From Octopus vulgaris (Eukaryota): a DNA stretch of 64,000 bases. The translations under genes and the position numbers were made by a program. Positions 13,391 to 28,059 of the stretch are shown here, piece by piece. The stretch spans positions 9,982,001 to 10,046,000 of the forward strand of contig OX597835.1 in the NCBI GenBank assembly GCA_951406725.2, given 5' to 3'. Under the pieces are notes generated by a model. That model saw nothing but the letters and a program-made list of their open reading frames with translations, was not told the origin of the DNA and ran no database searches. Every line of letters starts with the position of its first letter. The first letter of the stretch is position 1.

Positions 13391-14004
13391 TTAAGAAGTT
13401 CTCATAAATTTTCAATTGATATATACGACATTATTTTCTGAAAGCTTTTGAAGTTTGAATTCATGAGGCATTGATTTTAAATTCGATTGAATTATCATAG
13501 ATGTTGCATCGGCATAAAGAGATGAGCGATGCAAATGCTGACTCTTCACATATGAGTCTCTTCAAATGTTACTGGGTGACAGAATCGAAATTCTAATTAG
13601 TGGCAATCATATGGCATTCAATACTTTGATGTTTTACAAAGCGAGAAGTAAACAAAATAATTAGGAAATGAAACATTACCCAATCTAATAATGTTTCCAC
13701 TTAAATCGTTAATAACTTTATTCTAAATATTCCTGGCTTTTATTCTTCCTTCCTTTTACAAATTCATTAAATTAATTTGGATATAAATCTTTGGAGGATC
13801 TTGATCTATCTTAAGCACCCTTGATACAGTTTAATAATTAAAACATAATTAGTGGCTCAGTGTCATTTATTTGAATAATATAATATAGAGAAATAAGAGT
13901 ATAGTAAATAGCATATAAGATAATTTCTTCCGTCTATCTATCTTCTGCGCTCACTACTCATGTTGTGGGAGCCGTGAGGGAAGAGGCTTCGGACACTTCC
14001 TCCA

Positions 14005-14480
14005 TAGAAGAGATGGCTTGGACATGTTTGTCGTATGGAAGATGGCAGAATCCCCAAGGGCATACTCTACGGAGAGCTTGCTAGGGGCACTAGGTCTGTG
14101 GGAAGACAGTTCTTACGATACAAGGATGTTTGCAAAAGGGAAATGAAGGCCTGCGACATCAATATTAACAACTGGGAGCAGTTGCCAGCAACCGTGGAGA
14201 TTGGCGAAGCACCGTAGAAGGGGGAACACAAAAGAGTGACAGAGGGGGAGAGGAGAAATGGAAAGACAAGAAAAGACGTCAACAAGAAACTATGACATTA
14301 CAACCAGCCAGGACAGTCTTCGCTACGTTTGCGGCACCTGTTAGAGGGAGTGTTTGTCCAGGATAGGACTACACAGCCACAGCAGGAGATGTATTAGGAC
14401 CTGAAATGTAAAAGCCGGACTAGATTATTTTATGCGCAACACCATTGTCTCCCGAGACAAAATGGATGCCAACAACAACA
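14005..14480 (+). mobile_element. RTE (BovB-like) LINE 3' end
   Basis: RWLGHVCRMEDGRIPKGILYGELARGTRSVGRQFLRYKDVCK, a C-terminal C2H2-like motif (C..C.RECLSRIGLHSH), 3' hairpin tgtctcccgagaca and a (CAA)n tail. Confidence 0.88.
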
Positions 14481-14482
14481 TG

Positions 14483-14526
<44 letters not shown>

Positions 14527-14529
<3 letters not shown>

Positions 14530-14833
14530 GAGGCGCAATGGCCCAGTGGTTAGGGCAGCGGACTCGCGGTTGTATGATCGCGGTTTCGATTCTCAGACTG
14601 GGCGTTGTGAGTGTTTATTGAGCGAAAACACCTAAAGTTCCACGAGGCTCTGTCAGGGGGGGTGGCGATCCCTGCTGTATTCTTTTGCCACAAATTTCTA
14701 TCGCTCTTTCTTCTGTTGGCCTGCTCGCTTAGCCAGCGGGGTGGCGTCACTTGAATGCTAAAACAATGCAAAGTACATTGTGACCAGCGATGTGTAGCAA
14801 CATCTGACAGCCCGGTCGGTCACGGTGATCACG

Positions 14834-14838
<5 letters not shown>
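14527..14838 (+). mobile_element. SINE family B head with alternative 3' module
   Basis: First ~185 bp match family B; afterwards an unrelated tail ends in (cacggtgat)x2. Confidence 0.8.
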
Positions 14839-14873
<35 letters not shown>

Positions 14874-15589
14874 CATATATAAACATATACACACACACAT
14901 ATATAAACAGGGTATATATATATACATGTATGTATATACGTCCGTATGTGTATATGTCTATGTGTGTGTTTGTGTGCGTGCGAGTAGTGTGTGGGTGTTT
15001 CTGCGTGCGTTATGCATATGTGTGTCGTCGGTTCGAAACATAAAAAAACATTTCCATTTTTCCCGAGCGTCAAACGTTCTTGTTGCTTGTTGCTCCTACG
15101 CTTGTCCTCGCCTTTGTTTCTCTATAAATTCGAACCATATATATATAGATATATAATATTTCATATTCGGGTATACACCTTGTAGTATGCTGTTTAAAGC
15201 CCGTTTACAGTATTCGGTTCCCTGATGTCATCAACAGTATGGAGGTATATGCCACCGTATTCATTTCAGGAATTTTTTTTGTGTCCATAGAGTTTCTAGA
15301 AAATATGAGAAAAATGAAATGGAATTCACAAGATTCTTTATTCAGAACAAATATGATATGTGTACGGGGGAGTGGTGAAAAGCTCCTGGCTTTCGGTAAA
15401 AAGAAAAAGAAAATACATGAAGATCGGTTATCATTTCATTCATCATATTTCCCTCTTAGATTCACATACTATTTGCAACGGTTCTTCAGTTTTTCTAAGC
15501 TCAGTCAAAAGAACTCGGAACGCTGGAACTCAAACCAAGACTTTCGAGACACACTTAAATCCAGGAACTAATAAGCACACTTTCGTATA

Positions 15590-15773
15590 CATCATGATAG
15601 ATCGTTAGCTTCTACACGCATTTTTTTCTCTCCTTGTTTTTCGGTGTATCTTTCTGTGGAAGAGCGTAGGCTCGAAACGTAAAAGTCTTTTTCTATTCCT
15701 GAGCGCTATACTAATACATTTGTTTGTTTGTACACCACCTGCCTTTGTCTTTTGTTTATTTTCGTAAACTTTG

Positions 15774-15778
<5 letters not shown>
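15590..15778 (+). mobile_element. PLE-type terminal repeat fragment with hammerhead-like motif at 15650-15685
   Basis: cttt CTGTGGA agagc gtag gctc GAAAC GTA aaag; related copies at 16960-17120, 31875-32055 and 53930-54140; adjoins (TA)n. Confidence 0.65.
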
Positions 15779-15818
<40 letters not shown>

Positions 15819-16145
15819 GTGTGTGTGTGTAAGTGTTATCTTTTTTTTACTTTACTCTGTCTTTCTCAAGCCCCCGACCCCCGACCCGATCCACTCCACA
15901 CCTGTCTCCTTATATTTTGTAAATTGACGCGAATAATAATTTATTCATCGGCTGTGCTTGGTCTATTGGTCAATAAACTATTCATGGGGTGATGGACAAC
16001 CAGACTATACATACACACACACACTCACACACGCACGCACACACAAACACACACACACATATACCATATATGTGTGTGTGTGTGTGTACATATAAATGCA
16101 TATGTATTTATGTATATTTATTTCTGTGTTCAGATACATATGTAC

Positions 16146-16234
<89 letters not shown>

Positions 16235-16427
16235 TGTGTGTGTGTATCAGTGTGTGTTTGTGTGTATTTATGTATATCTGTGTTTAACCCCTGCCATCAC
16301 TTGACAAAACTATTCCGATAGAATAAGTACTAGGCTTACAAAGAATGAGTCCTGGGGTCTCTTTTTATTTGACTAATGGCGGTGTTCCAGCATGGCCGCA
16401 GACAAATAACTGAAACAAATGACTACA

Positions 16428-16465
<38 letters not shown>

Positions 16466-16778
16466 CAAAGTCTGGAAGAGTCGAATGTTTGGTATTTTAC
16501 AGAGAAGAAAGTATATTTTGAACGCAGTAAAGGATGTAAGAAACATTAAGTCCTGTGGTCGATTTGCTTGACTAAAGGCGGTGCTCCATCATAGGCACAG
16601 TTAAATGACTGAAACAAGTAAAAGAATAAAAGAACAAAAGAATATATAGAGTGTTTGAAATGATTTTTAGATATTGTACACCACTCGTCAAGACAAATTG
16701 ATTTTGTCTTGAGTTCGATAAACGAACGAAAGCGTTAATAAAACTTATCCAAAATTCTGACTGCCTCATTTTTCTCTA

Positions 16779-16888
<110 letters not shown>

Positions 16889-16994
16889 TATATATATATA
16901 TGTATATATAGAGAAAACAACACACAGAAACACGACAGACATATATATATGTACATATAATATTCTATTTTCGCTCCCTGTTTATTTCTGCATT

Positions 16995-17031
16995 CTTTTC
17001 TGTCGAAGAGCGTAGGCTCGAAACGTAAAAG
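16995..17031 (+). ncRNA. Minimal type I hammerhead-like motif (variant core CUGUCGA)
   Basis: ctttt CTGTCGA agagc gtag gctc GAAAC GTA aaag; palindromic rudimentary stem III. Confidence 0.55.
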
Positions 17032-17611
17032 ACTTTCTCACTTCCCGAGCGTTAACCTAATACATCTGCTTGTAGTTTACACACCCGTCTTCGTCTTATG
17101 TTCTTTGTAAATTCCCACTATAAATATATCCTGGAAACCACATATCAGAGACAGTCCAGTTTTAACCACGCACTTCTCTTTTCTTTCTTTTAGGAACAGT
17201 ATCTAGTATAATCTGTCCTTCATTCGACGTTGAAGATTTTAGTGTTACTTCTGGTTGGTCAAGTAACTACATAGAAAAACTCCTTCATTGAACGTCCGTA
17301 TCTATACCCCGACGACAGAGCGCTGTCCCTTTTTCAATGACCCTCTCTCTGGCTTATTGGAATCGCGAGAGATTACCTACATTTTTTGTTATATTACTGT
17401 ATTTGTGGTGTATTATTCTCTGTTCAGAGCAAAGTAGAATGTACAGAGGGAGGGGAGAATAGAGGGGGAGGAAGAAGAAGAAATTAGAAGAAGATAACGA
17501 CATCAGCTGAGTAAATTAATTTTTTTTTTTATCTCTTTACATTGAAAGCAAATAAGACAAGCAATTTATTTGGTAAAGATAAACACACAGAAATATTGAT
17601 TTTGCTCATTT

Positions 17612-17683
<72 letters not shown>

Positions 17684-17726
17684 CATACATATACATATAC
17701 AAATATATACATACATATACATATAT

Positions 17727-17772
<46 letters not shown>

Positions 17773-18589
17773 TTCAGAATATTCTTGAAGAGTAAGCCAA
17801 AATCTCTGCACATGTATTTGTACGCACATGTGTGTGTGTGTGCGTGCTCGCGCTCTCTTCTGTGTAAGAGAGAATGTGTGTGTGTGTATTCATGTGAATA
17901 TGTCTGTATGTCTTTGTCTCTATGCCTACGTGTGCGGGGTGGAATTAATCCAGAAGATGTCAGTTTAAAACGAGCTTTAACTCGTTAAAGCTTCCTCTGA
18001 TTTCTACTGACAGGTTGTCACACACACACAGAACAGTTTAACAAAAATGCCTAGCAGCAGGAACCTTGGGCAGCAGCCGTAGAATCTCGTGGAAATTTCG
18101 GCCAGTTCTATTGTTACCTTAATAATATGAAATCAACCCGTGTATTTCAATGATACCCCAAAATGATACAACCCAAAAGAAACCACAAACCTACAAACGT
18201 ATAATATTCTTTCTACTAAAGGCACAAGGCCTGGATTTCTTTCTGAGGAGGGGGACAATCGATCACATTGACCCCAGTACTCGACTGGTATTTAATTTAT
18301 CGACCCCGAAAGAATGAAAAGCAAAGTCGACATCGGCGGCTACAAACATATAATATTATTAAGACAATGTGATTGATCAAGCGAGCTAATCCTCAGAACC
18401 CTATCTTTTTATTGGTCTTTTAATGTCAGTCGAGCGGTGTGACACGATTTTCCCCGGAAAGATCTCTAGTTTGATGGGGTTGGTATAAGTTTGCTGAGAT
18501 TTGCTTTATAAGGGGCCTGCGTGCACAAGTAGAGGTGATTATCAAGTATCTCGAGACACTCCGTTGGTATGTTCGAGTAATTGCATCAT

Positions 18590-19032
18590 GCTTATTCTGT
18601 GTGATTACAATTTCAGGCAGTCGAGGTCTGATATCCCAAACTACAAAGTTCTGTTGCACCAAACTTCAACGTTTGATCTATCGGTCTCTAGAAGTTTGAT
18701 CCACTAGGTGGGAAGAGAGCTGATACATTTATCTATGGAGATCTGATCCACCATGTTTTAGACACTCGATCCATCAGGTTGTAAGAGTTTGATCCACTGA
18801 TCTGTATAGGTTTGATCTACAAGAATGTAGGAGGTATTTTCCATCAGGATGCAGGAGTCTACAAAACCAGCTTGTAGATATCCAACCCTCCAATCTCTAG
18901 CTGTTTGATCCACCAGGTTGCAGAGGTCTACAACACGAGATGTAGAGTTTTCATACACCATTCTCAAGAGATCTGATCAACCAGTCTCAAGAGTTCTAAT
19001 CCAGAAGTCTCTAGAAGTCTGAACCACTTGGC
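18590..19032. repeat. Highly degenerate ~23 bp minisatellite
   Basis: Recurrent t(t/c)tgatccacca.gt....agag motif at ~22-24 bp spacing. Confidence 0.65.
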
Positions 19033-19090
19033 TGGCTTTCATTTGCCTCAATACAGACGGAATATTTAATGGTAAGTCAATGAGTTGGAC

Positions 19091-19322
19091 AGGCGGCGAG
19101 CTGGCAGAAACGTTAGCACGCCGGGCGAAATGGGTAGCCGTATTTCGTCTGCCGTTACGTTCTGGGTTCAAATTCCGCCTTGGTCGACTTTGCCTATCAT
19201 CCTTTCGGGGTCGATAAATTAAGTACCAGTTACGCACTGGGGTCGATATAATCGACTTAATCCGTTTGTCTGTCCTTGTTTGTCCCCTCTATGTGTAGCC
19301 CCTTTTGGGTAGTAAAGAAATA
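19091..19322 (+). mobile_element. SINE family C, full-length monomer
   Basis: Complete head to gtaaagaaata; direct repeat ggtaagtcaatga at 19071-19083 and 19323-19335. Confidence 0.92.
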
Positions 19323-20984
19323 GGTAAGTCAATGACTCTTTACCAATTGTGGAACGTATTAGATATAATTACATGGAACTTCCAAGTTTTTTGGTGACGA
19401 GGTGTCGTTAGAGTGCCGAACACACTAAGTTATCGTATTTGTTCTTAATCTCTGGGCTGTAAGCTCAGACTGCGCTGAGGGCAGTATCACCTCTCAATCT
19501 TTCCTCTTCTGTAAGTGAACTGTGACCAACCAGTCTGTCTGTTTGTCTCTTTAAGTTCTACTCACCGATTCAGAATGTGAACTACAACTACATTAATGGT
19601 ACATAGGACTATGGAATACTCAGTCAGCCAGTGAGATATTAATTTCAATGATAAAAATTCACTTGATCAAAAAAACTAACAGCTCATCAATGAAACCGAC
19701 GGAGAACCCAAACTTTTAGTCGCTCTGCCATCGCACCACGAATATGTGTTAGTAAATATATTAATAAATATTTATAAACTGGTACCATAGCCACGTCACC
19801 TTGTGTTAATGAAACACTAAATAGTCATTAAAAGAAAATGTAAATGACTTTCTTTAGTGAATAATTTTTTTAAATATTTTAGTATTTTTAATAACTTTAT
19901 TTTTCTGTCTGTGAGCTGTGAAATTGCATCATTGAATCTGTTTTTGTAATCAAAATAATAATTGTAAGAGATTTTTTTGGCTTTATAAATGAAAGAATAT
20001 TTAACGTCTAAACCAAAACCGCTAACTTATTTAAATCTGGCCGTAAATTAATGCTACAGTTAGAAATTCAAGTATTTTCACCTTGTTAAATCACCGACAA
20101 CAGAGCAAACGGTTGATTTTTTTTTTTATTACTATTCATGCAATTGTTCTCTCATTAATTTGATCTGTGGTCTGTAGCATGACTTGCCAAAGGTATGCCA
20201 AAACAACTACGAGTAAACACGACGGTTCTTGCTTGCGTGACTTGCTTATGTTTGAGGTTATAACCCCAATAATATTTTAATTCAAAACTGAAATATGGTT
20301 TTAGAATATGTTTTTTAAAAATATATTTTCAATATAAAATATATTTTCACAAAAATGGCGAATGGAACTCCATATAATTTTTTTGTGTTTTGGGTTTTTT
20401 TTTCCATTTTTAAATGTGCTGGTGTTTTGGAGCTTTGCAAATATTGGTGAGATTTTGGAGAAGTTGCCTCAGAGACAAAGATTCTATACACACTTCAGTT
20501 ATTTTACCACAGTTAAACGTAGAAGTGAGGTTGGGTGAAGTAGTGATTCTGGTAAAAGGCTTGCGATTGGAGGTTCGATTTTGGGACAGGCGTGAGTTCT
20601 GTTTTTGAGAAAAGCATTTCATCGTTTCCCACTGCAGGCAGTTCGAAAATAAATACTAACTATACATTGGGGAAGTTAAGCCTTCGATGGACTGTAACCC
20701 GTCCAGGATGAGTGTTGTTCTCTCAGTTGCTTAAAAACAAATAAACTCCGATCTAATGTGTCTGAAGGTTCAAGACCAACTTATTTTAACTTTAGGTTTA
20801 GGGACTCACCTATTCTGGAAAGTAATCAATATTCTGAAAACGTGACCAACTTTGTCGAGCTGGCTGATGCCTAAAATATTAATTAACTTAATTAAAAATA
20901 TCACATCAAAATTAATTACTATTTTGGTGTGAATTTTACGTGTGTATGTATGTATATACGTGCGTGCGTACGTATGAATGTCTG

Positions 20985-21191
20985 TACGATGGGGTGACTT
21001 TAAAGGTATTGCTAAAAGCCAGGATGGAGGCCCAAACTTCCATGTTCTTTTTGAGGGCTTAGAAAGACTGAAGGACCGCTGCGATAACTGTGTGAATCTG
21101 AGAGGGGAATATGTTGGATAAAATCCTAATTAACTGATCCTCCTCTATTTTCTTTTACCCAAAACCAGGAACTTTTCAACAGCCCCTCGTA
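20985..21191 (+). mobile_element. Internally deleted mariner element
   Basis: TA-flanked imperfect TIRs (tacgatggggtg / cagcccctcgta); residual 'DRCDNCVNLRGEYVG*' matches the mariner C-terminus 'RWxKCxxxxGxYxE'. Confidence 0.7.
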
Positions 21192-21416
21192 TCTATGTAT
21201 GTACGTACTAATGTACATATGTATGAAAGTATGTAATTTCAGGCATCTATTCAAGTATCCGTCTATATATTTTTGTGTGTATGTATATGTATGTACGTAA
21301 ATATGTATGTATGTATCTGTGTATGTATGTTCATCTGTATGGACGCACGTATGTACGGTTGCGTGTATATATATGAACGTATTACGTATGTGTGTATGTA
21401 TACATATGTATGTATA

Positions 21417-21461
<45 letters not shown>

Positions 21462-21464
21462 ATA

Positions 21465-21624
<160 letters not shown>

Positions 21625-21979
21625 CATATATATATATTTACTTATATTAACATTTTGACTCCGTTTTTCCTAACCGAAACTTTCTCAGACGTATTTTGTT
21701 TGCATCTGGAAAACTTTCAGTAACATGAATCTGCGTCTGACTGTTAATACAAATATTTAATAAACTCAATTGTGCTTAGTGTTCTTCTCCCACGTTTGTT
21801 CATTTCTGTATATGTATGTGTGAAGGTGTGTGTTTAATATCTATCCACTATATGTGTGTTAGAATGTATCTGTGTGCGTATGTACGTGTGAGAGTGAAAG
21901 TGTCTGGACGTGTGTGTAAGTGTACTTGTAGATGTCTGTGTGTGTGTGTGTTTTCTCTTTATTCCAGTTCTTTCAGGAA

Positions 21980-22570
21980 GGATGGAGTTGGTTTCTAGCA
22001 AAGAATTAAAAGCCCCGCTGCTGAAATTTGGACGACTTTAATTGTTACATGTTGAGCATTACAAAAGTCTTGTATATTTTAACCATTCCACTTAACATAT
22101 GGAGTCTATAAAGTCAGTCAGACTTTTTGGCCAAAAATTCAGATTGCCACTAACACAACCAAGTGGACAATAACTAATGATAACATGTGGATTTATTGTC
22201 AAAGTCGAAGAACTGTGGTTTCCGAATCATTTGTCCATATTTAATCCCCTCGCTGTTTTGGTACACATTCACATCAGCAAGGAAACCAACCTTAATCCCG
22301 ATAAATGATTTTTTCCTTTCAGGTAACAATATCTCGCTTGTAAGGTTTACATTTGGCAGAAGATTTGATGAGGATGCTTCCCCGATATTCCTTGTGTTGA
22401 TATGCACGTATTCAATAACAAAAGTGTATATATTCATCCCAGGGCTGTGAGGATAGTATTGAATATCGTTTTTCATACAACATCATGTCACAACAGGAAG
22501 AAGTACCTTGATAACATCTTTTGGACAGCTGCCGCTTATGCGTTATGTCTCCCATGGAAGAGTGGCGTGG
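21980..22570 (+). mobile_element. Possible degenerate L1/Tx1-like ORF2 3' remnant
   Basis: Weak motifs 'EDASPIFLVLIC' and 'IFWTAAAYALCLPWKS'; frameshifts and stops; ends at a (CT)n tract. Confidence 0.25.
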
Positions 22571-22586
22571 TCGGCATTTACAGTTG

Positions 22587-22657
<71 letters not shown>

Positions 22658-22971
22658 CACCTTCGAAACGCAGAGTAGCTGAAACCATGGCGACTGGAAA
22701 AGGGGAATTTTCCTTGTGTTATTTGTCCTGTACTCTATTTTTTCGTTGTTTAAGAAAAATGTCCAGTTCCTTGGTTCTGTGTTTATGTTTTCGTTTCTCA
22801 TTGTGTTCAACGTTTTTTTTTTGTGTGTGTCCTGTACCCATATATGCATGCATATATACATGTAGAGGTAGATACATGTACATATACATGTAGAGGTACA
22901 TATATGTATGTATATATGCATATGTTTTATTTATTAATTTATTATATATATATATATATATATGTCGTCAT

Positions 22972-23262
22972 GGCACTCCGTCGGTTACGACGACGAGGGT
23001 TCCAGTTGATCCGATCAATGGAACAGCCTGATCGTGAAATTAACGTGCAATTGGCTGAGCACTCCACACCCACGTGTGCCCTTAACTTAGTACTCGGGGA
23101 GATTCAGCCTGACACAGAATGTAACAAGGCTGGTCCTCTTTCAGTTACAGATACAACAGAAACGGGAAGAAAGAGTGGGAGAAAGTTGTGGTGAAAGAGT
23201 ACGTCAGGATTCGCCACCCCCCACCCCCTGCAGGAATCTCATGAAGCTTTAAGTGTTTTCGT
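22972..23262 (-). mobile_element. SINE family B, 5'-truncated, diverged
   Basis: Aligns to the 3' ~290 bp of family B. Confidence 0.85.
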
Positions 23263-23283
23263 TAAATATATACACATGCATAC

Positions 23284-23340
<57 letters not shown>

Positions 23341-23399
23341 TATACATACACAAGATAAGTATATGTGTGATAGATAGATAGATAGATAGATAGATAGAG

Positions 23400-23511
<112 letters not shown>

Positions 23512-24247
23512 CTCGCATCAGGATTGGTAATGATTTTACGATAGGAATAATTTATCAGTCGCGGAACGTTGTTCGATTCTGTTCTCAGGAGATAAGTAAA
23601 GTCTGGCTGTGTTTGCATATTTGGCATTGTAAAATACCATTAAACTACTAATTGCTTTACTTAAGTCGATAACTTCAAATAATCGTTGGCAATGAACTAG
23701 TAGATATATGACACGAATCGTGTTTATCAGCCAAAATTAGGGATTGCGGATAATCATAATAATTGATTGATGGCCAAAGCTTCTCGGCGTTGCAGTTTCT
23801 TTTAGAAGTCGCGTTATATTCCTAGTAATTAATCACGTTAGCGGATACCCCCAATGGTATATACTATAGAAGCATATACACTCTACATACATACATATGT
23901 GTGCTTACAGGTCTGTGTATCTGTATGCTTATAAGTGTGTGTGTGTGTGTGCTTTTATATAATGATTGGTAAATATATATTAATTACGTTTGCTAATCAA
24001 TTTAAGTCTTCTACTGGGTCGTTAGTCTGGTCCTGTAGTAATTATGTAACTAAGCGCTTTGTGTTGAGAAGACAGAACTTAAACATTTCAAAGATTGTCG
24101 CTCTTCCTCTTCCTTCGCCTTCACTTACCAATAACCCAATTCGTATATAGGAATATTTATTCCACTGCCATACACACACACACACACACACACACATAAA
24201 TACAAGCACATACATACATACACATACAAACATACACACATACATAC

Positions 24248-24286
<39 letters not shown>

Positions 24287-24289
24287 CAA

Positions 24290-24530
24290 ATACGTTCTGT
24301 CTGCCTGTGTGTGTGTCTTCTAGGATCTCGGGCATCCTCCATCCGATTGCGCTCAAATTTGATATGTAGATACCGGACGATATCAGGGCGTGTATATGTT
24401 TTGAAAAAATTACAAAAATCGATTCCAGGTGAGAATGCGATCGATAAAGCCGTGAGAACGTGCATTTCTAAAATCGTTTTTCTTGGAATAGAAAAAAGTA
24501 TCATTATTTCTTCTTTTGCTGGTGTCTTTA
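24290..24530 (+). mobile_element. Possible Helitron-type internal fragment
   Basis: ctgtctgcctgtgtg followed by ccgattgcgctcaaatttgatatgtagata, a pattern typical of non-autonomous rolling-circle elements; ends not seen. Confidence 0.35.
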
Positions 24531-24899
24531 CGCGATTTTCCATTCTTTCTCTCTGATTAATCTACACTGATATATAAAGTCATAAATCCGACTTGATGCT
24601 ATCACTGGAGGCTCGTTTACATCTGGGTGGACTGTGGCAACAAGAAGTGAAGTATTTTCTTCAAGAGCATAACGCACTAGCTGGGCTAGTAATCGAAATC
24701 ACGATGGCTACATCGTGAGCGGAACACCGTAACCTCTATGAGATAGAGAGTAGATACGAAACGCATCTCTGTGGGTGAGTGGAATGAAGTCGATTGAAAC
24801 CGTTTCCATTATGTTTTGCCTTTTGTTGTAATCTGACGCAACTTTGAGCAATAATAAAAATTAAAGACAAATGAAAAGCGACTAAATCTTTGTAGCATA

Positions 24900-25283
24900 T
24901 AGGAGCACTCCGTCGGTTGCGACGATGAGGGTCCCAGCTGATACGATCAACGGAACAGCCTGCTCGTGATATTAACGTGCGAGTGGCTGAGCACTCCACA
25001 GACACGTGTACCCTTAACGTAGTTCTCGAGGAGATTCAGCGTGACACACAGAATGTGACAAGGCTGGCCCTTTGAAATACAGGTACAAGAGAAACAGGAA
25101 GAAAGAGCGAGAGAAAGTTGTGGTGAAAGAGTACAGCAGGGTTCACCACCACCACCTGCCGGAGCCTCGTGGAGCTTTAGGTGTTTTCGCTCAATAAACA
25201 CTCACAATGCCCGGTCTGGGAATCGAAACCGTGAACCTCCGACCGCGAGTCCGCTGCCCTAACCACTGGGCCATTGCGCCTCC
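24900..25283 (-). mobile_element. SINE family B, full length
   Basis: 12 bp TSD ctttgtagcata at 24888-24899 and 25284-25295. Confidence 0.92.
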
Positions 25284-26164
25284 CTTTGTAGCATACGAAC
25301 TCAATAAATGGTTGAGACTCAATACTAAACACCCCGTTTTTGAAGGACCCTTCTATCAAATCTCTTTAATTCTAGCAAAATATTCATTCACTCAAGATCA
25401 ACGGATTATCAGAGCATGCAAAGCCTGAATCGAAAGGATCACCATATTTAGTTTTTAGCTTTTATTTTTCCGAATGCGCATCACGTCCATATCATTTTGC
25501 CTTTTCATTTCACGATACCAGTGGTATACTTGGTTCACTTTTATCGACTATAATTCTTCCTGCCTAAACAGTGAAATCACTGAAACCAAATTAAACATGT
25601 TATTTTTAATTCATTTCTCCATTGTCCTCTCGTTAACGCCCTCGTAAACAGCTGACAATAACCTTCTTCCGTTTGACGACTCAAACGTCTTGTATCTAGG
25701 AAACAAATTGATGTCTGGCTGTATATGTAGCATCTTACGAAGCTTTGAACAGTTTCACTGAAGATTTCAAGAGGAACTGAGGATCTTAAATAAAGCGATA
25801 AGAACCAGAACTGTGAAATCAGAAATAGAAATATATATAACAGTGCAATAAAATATAAATGACTTCGATTAAAATATCATCCACTTGTCTCTTCATCTTG
25901 CCTGGGAAACTTGTTCGCAGGATCTGCTCTCTCTCTCTCTCTCCCTCACTCGCTCTCTCTCTCTCTTCTTCTTCTTCTCTCTCTCTCTCTCTCTCTCTTT
26001 CCTTCTCTCACTCATTGGACGGTGAAAAGAGGTAATATAATGAATACGTTTTATAAATTTATACACACACACAACACACGCACATAAAGTTCATGTATAT
26101 ATAGGTGCATGTATAGATACTCACACACACATTTATTTACGAATATATATAACGTACGTACAGG

Positions 26165-26218
<54 letters not shown>

Positions 26219-28059
26219 TAAGTGTGAGTCTGTGTATGCATGTACGTATTTACAAATGTATCTGTCCATCTGTGTGTGTGTGTGTGTCATTATTCAGTTT
26301 TGTATGTGTGTATCTTTAGTTGTAAACATGTGTAGGTGTGGATCGAACAGCTGATTGATTTACAGTTAGGTGAATCCTGTTTGTTGTAAGGTTCACTCTT
26401 GAGATCGATATAGATGTGTGTGGATGCGAACGCTATGTCTGTGAGTGTGTACATATATATGTATGTGTGTATGTATGTATGCACATAGTAAGGAAAAAAT
26501 AAAAAGAAGATAAGGCAGATGGTTTGAAGAGGAAGAAAAGAAGGGTAAAGTATGTGTTTAGGTTATTTCGTGTCATTTTACAACTCATAAAACCGTAAAT
26601 GGAACTGGAAAAAGGTCGTAAAACAGCCTACTTACAGCTCGGCCGAGGATTGTCTTAATTATATTAGCAAAAAAAAGTAAAAACGACAATTGTAAGGAAA
26701 GATAAAGTTAATCAAGTGTAAACAATAACATCTGTTTATTATCTTAGAAATAGGGACATAAAAATATCCCCAGCAATAAGAAAGAAAGTAAAATATATCT
26801 CCTTAAATGTGTTTTTCGAACGCTTTTTTTACGTAAGAATATTTCTACTGCATCTCTATGAAGCTTAGGATTTTTCAGATAATTTATGATGCTTGTTCGC
26901 TTCTTATTTTTCTGTTATCATTCGTTTATTGATACTAAGGAAGAAAAATTCTTGCTTAATCAAAAACTAAGTCAAAATGCTAGGCCGTCTTTTGATTTCT
27001 ACAACGGTTAAATACAGTAAAGAAGAAAAGAAGGCGAATGAATGAAGAGACCTCTAAGCAGTTGACCCGACCATCTATAAAAGTCGAATCTCCCTTTTCA
27101 TTTCACTTATCGATTAAATAATTCTACCCCCATAATATATTTTTCTTTCTTGCATAGGCACATAATCAGAAATTTGTTGGGGGTCGGTTTAACTGACCAA
27201 ATCAACCTCAGTACTTGACCAAGCGGGACTAAAGTCAACAGGATTTGAACTCCGATTGCAAATAGCCACAACGTCTTTTAAAATGAAAAGACAGGCTAGA
27301 TAATGTAGTTTTAGCTTTAAAATGGCGAAACCGTGAATGATGGAATAATGTAGTCTTAAATGCACTATTCCTGAAATCAGAATAGGTGGTCACTACTGGA
27401 AAGTTTTTATTCAAAGAACTCTGCTCAGTCAAGACTAACCTGTACTTTAAAATAAAACATTGGCATTTTTCTGGCCGCTAAAATTTCTATATTTTTTAAC
27501 AGCCATTATTTGTTTCTATTGGCATAGGTTAAACAAATTTCTTTTTGTCATCAGACAATATTTTGGTCCCTGCTATATTTCCTTTTCTAAATCATTTTTA
27601 ATTAAACCATCTCGGATTAAATCAGTAAATCACCGGCTTCTCTTAATACAAACACCTCTTTGGATTTTTCAATGTTTAAAAATGTCTTCTTTCGACATCG
27701 TTGCTAAAATAACAAATCATGAAACAAAAATTGTTCAAACAAAAACAACACAAAATAATTAATAAAAACAACTGGAGGTTCGCCATTTTGTCATCTTATT
27801 GTTGTCCTTTCTTAAAATAATGTGATTTTTACAGTATTATAGTGGAGCCGAGCTTTGTAGAATCAATATATTTAACACGTGTCATTATTGATAATAACAA
27901 AAGAGAAGAAAAAAAGAGAGTTCACAACCAAATGAAGCATTTGCAGAGGAGTTCGAGAGGGGGGAGGGTGAGAAGAGGGGCGCAAATAATGTTCGAATTA
28001 CAAGTGTGAGCATGAGAGCGAAGAAACTACACACGAGAACAAAAACGTAACGCTCATCA

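Noticed and set aside
26636-26655. 18 nt minus-strand microexon ending at GTAAGT
   Set aside because: Good donor but weak acceptor context and no supporting frame information.
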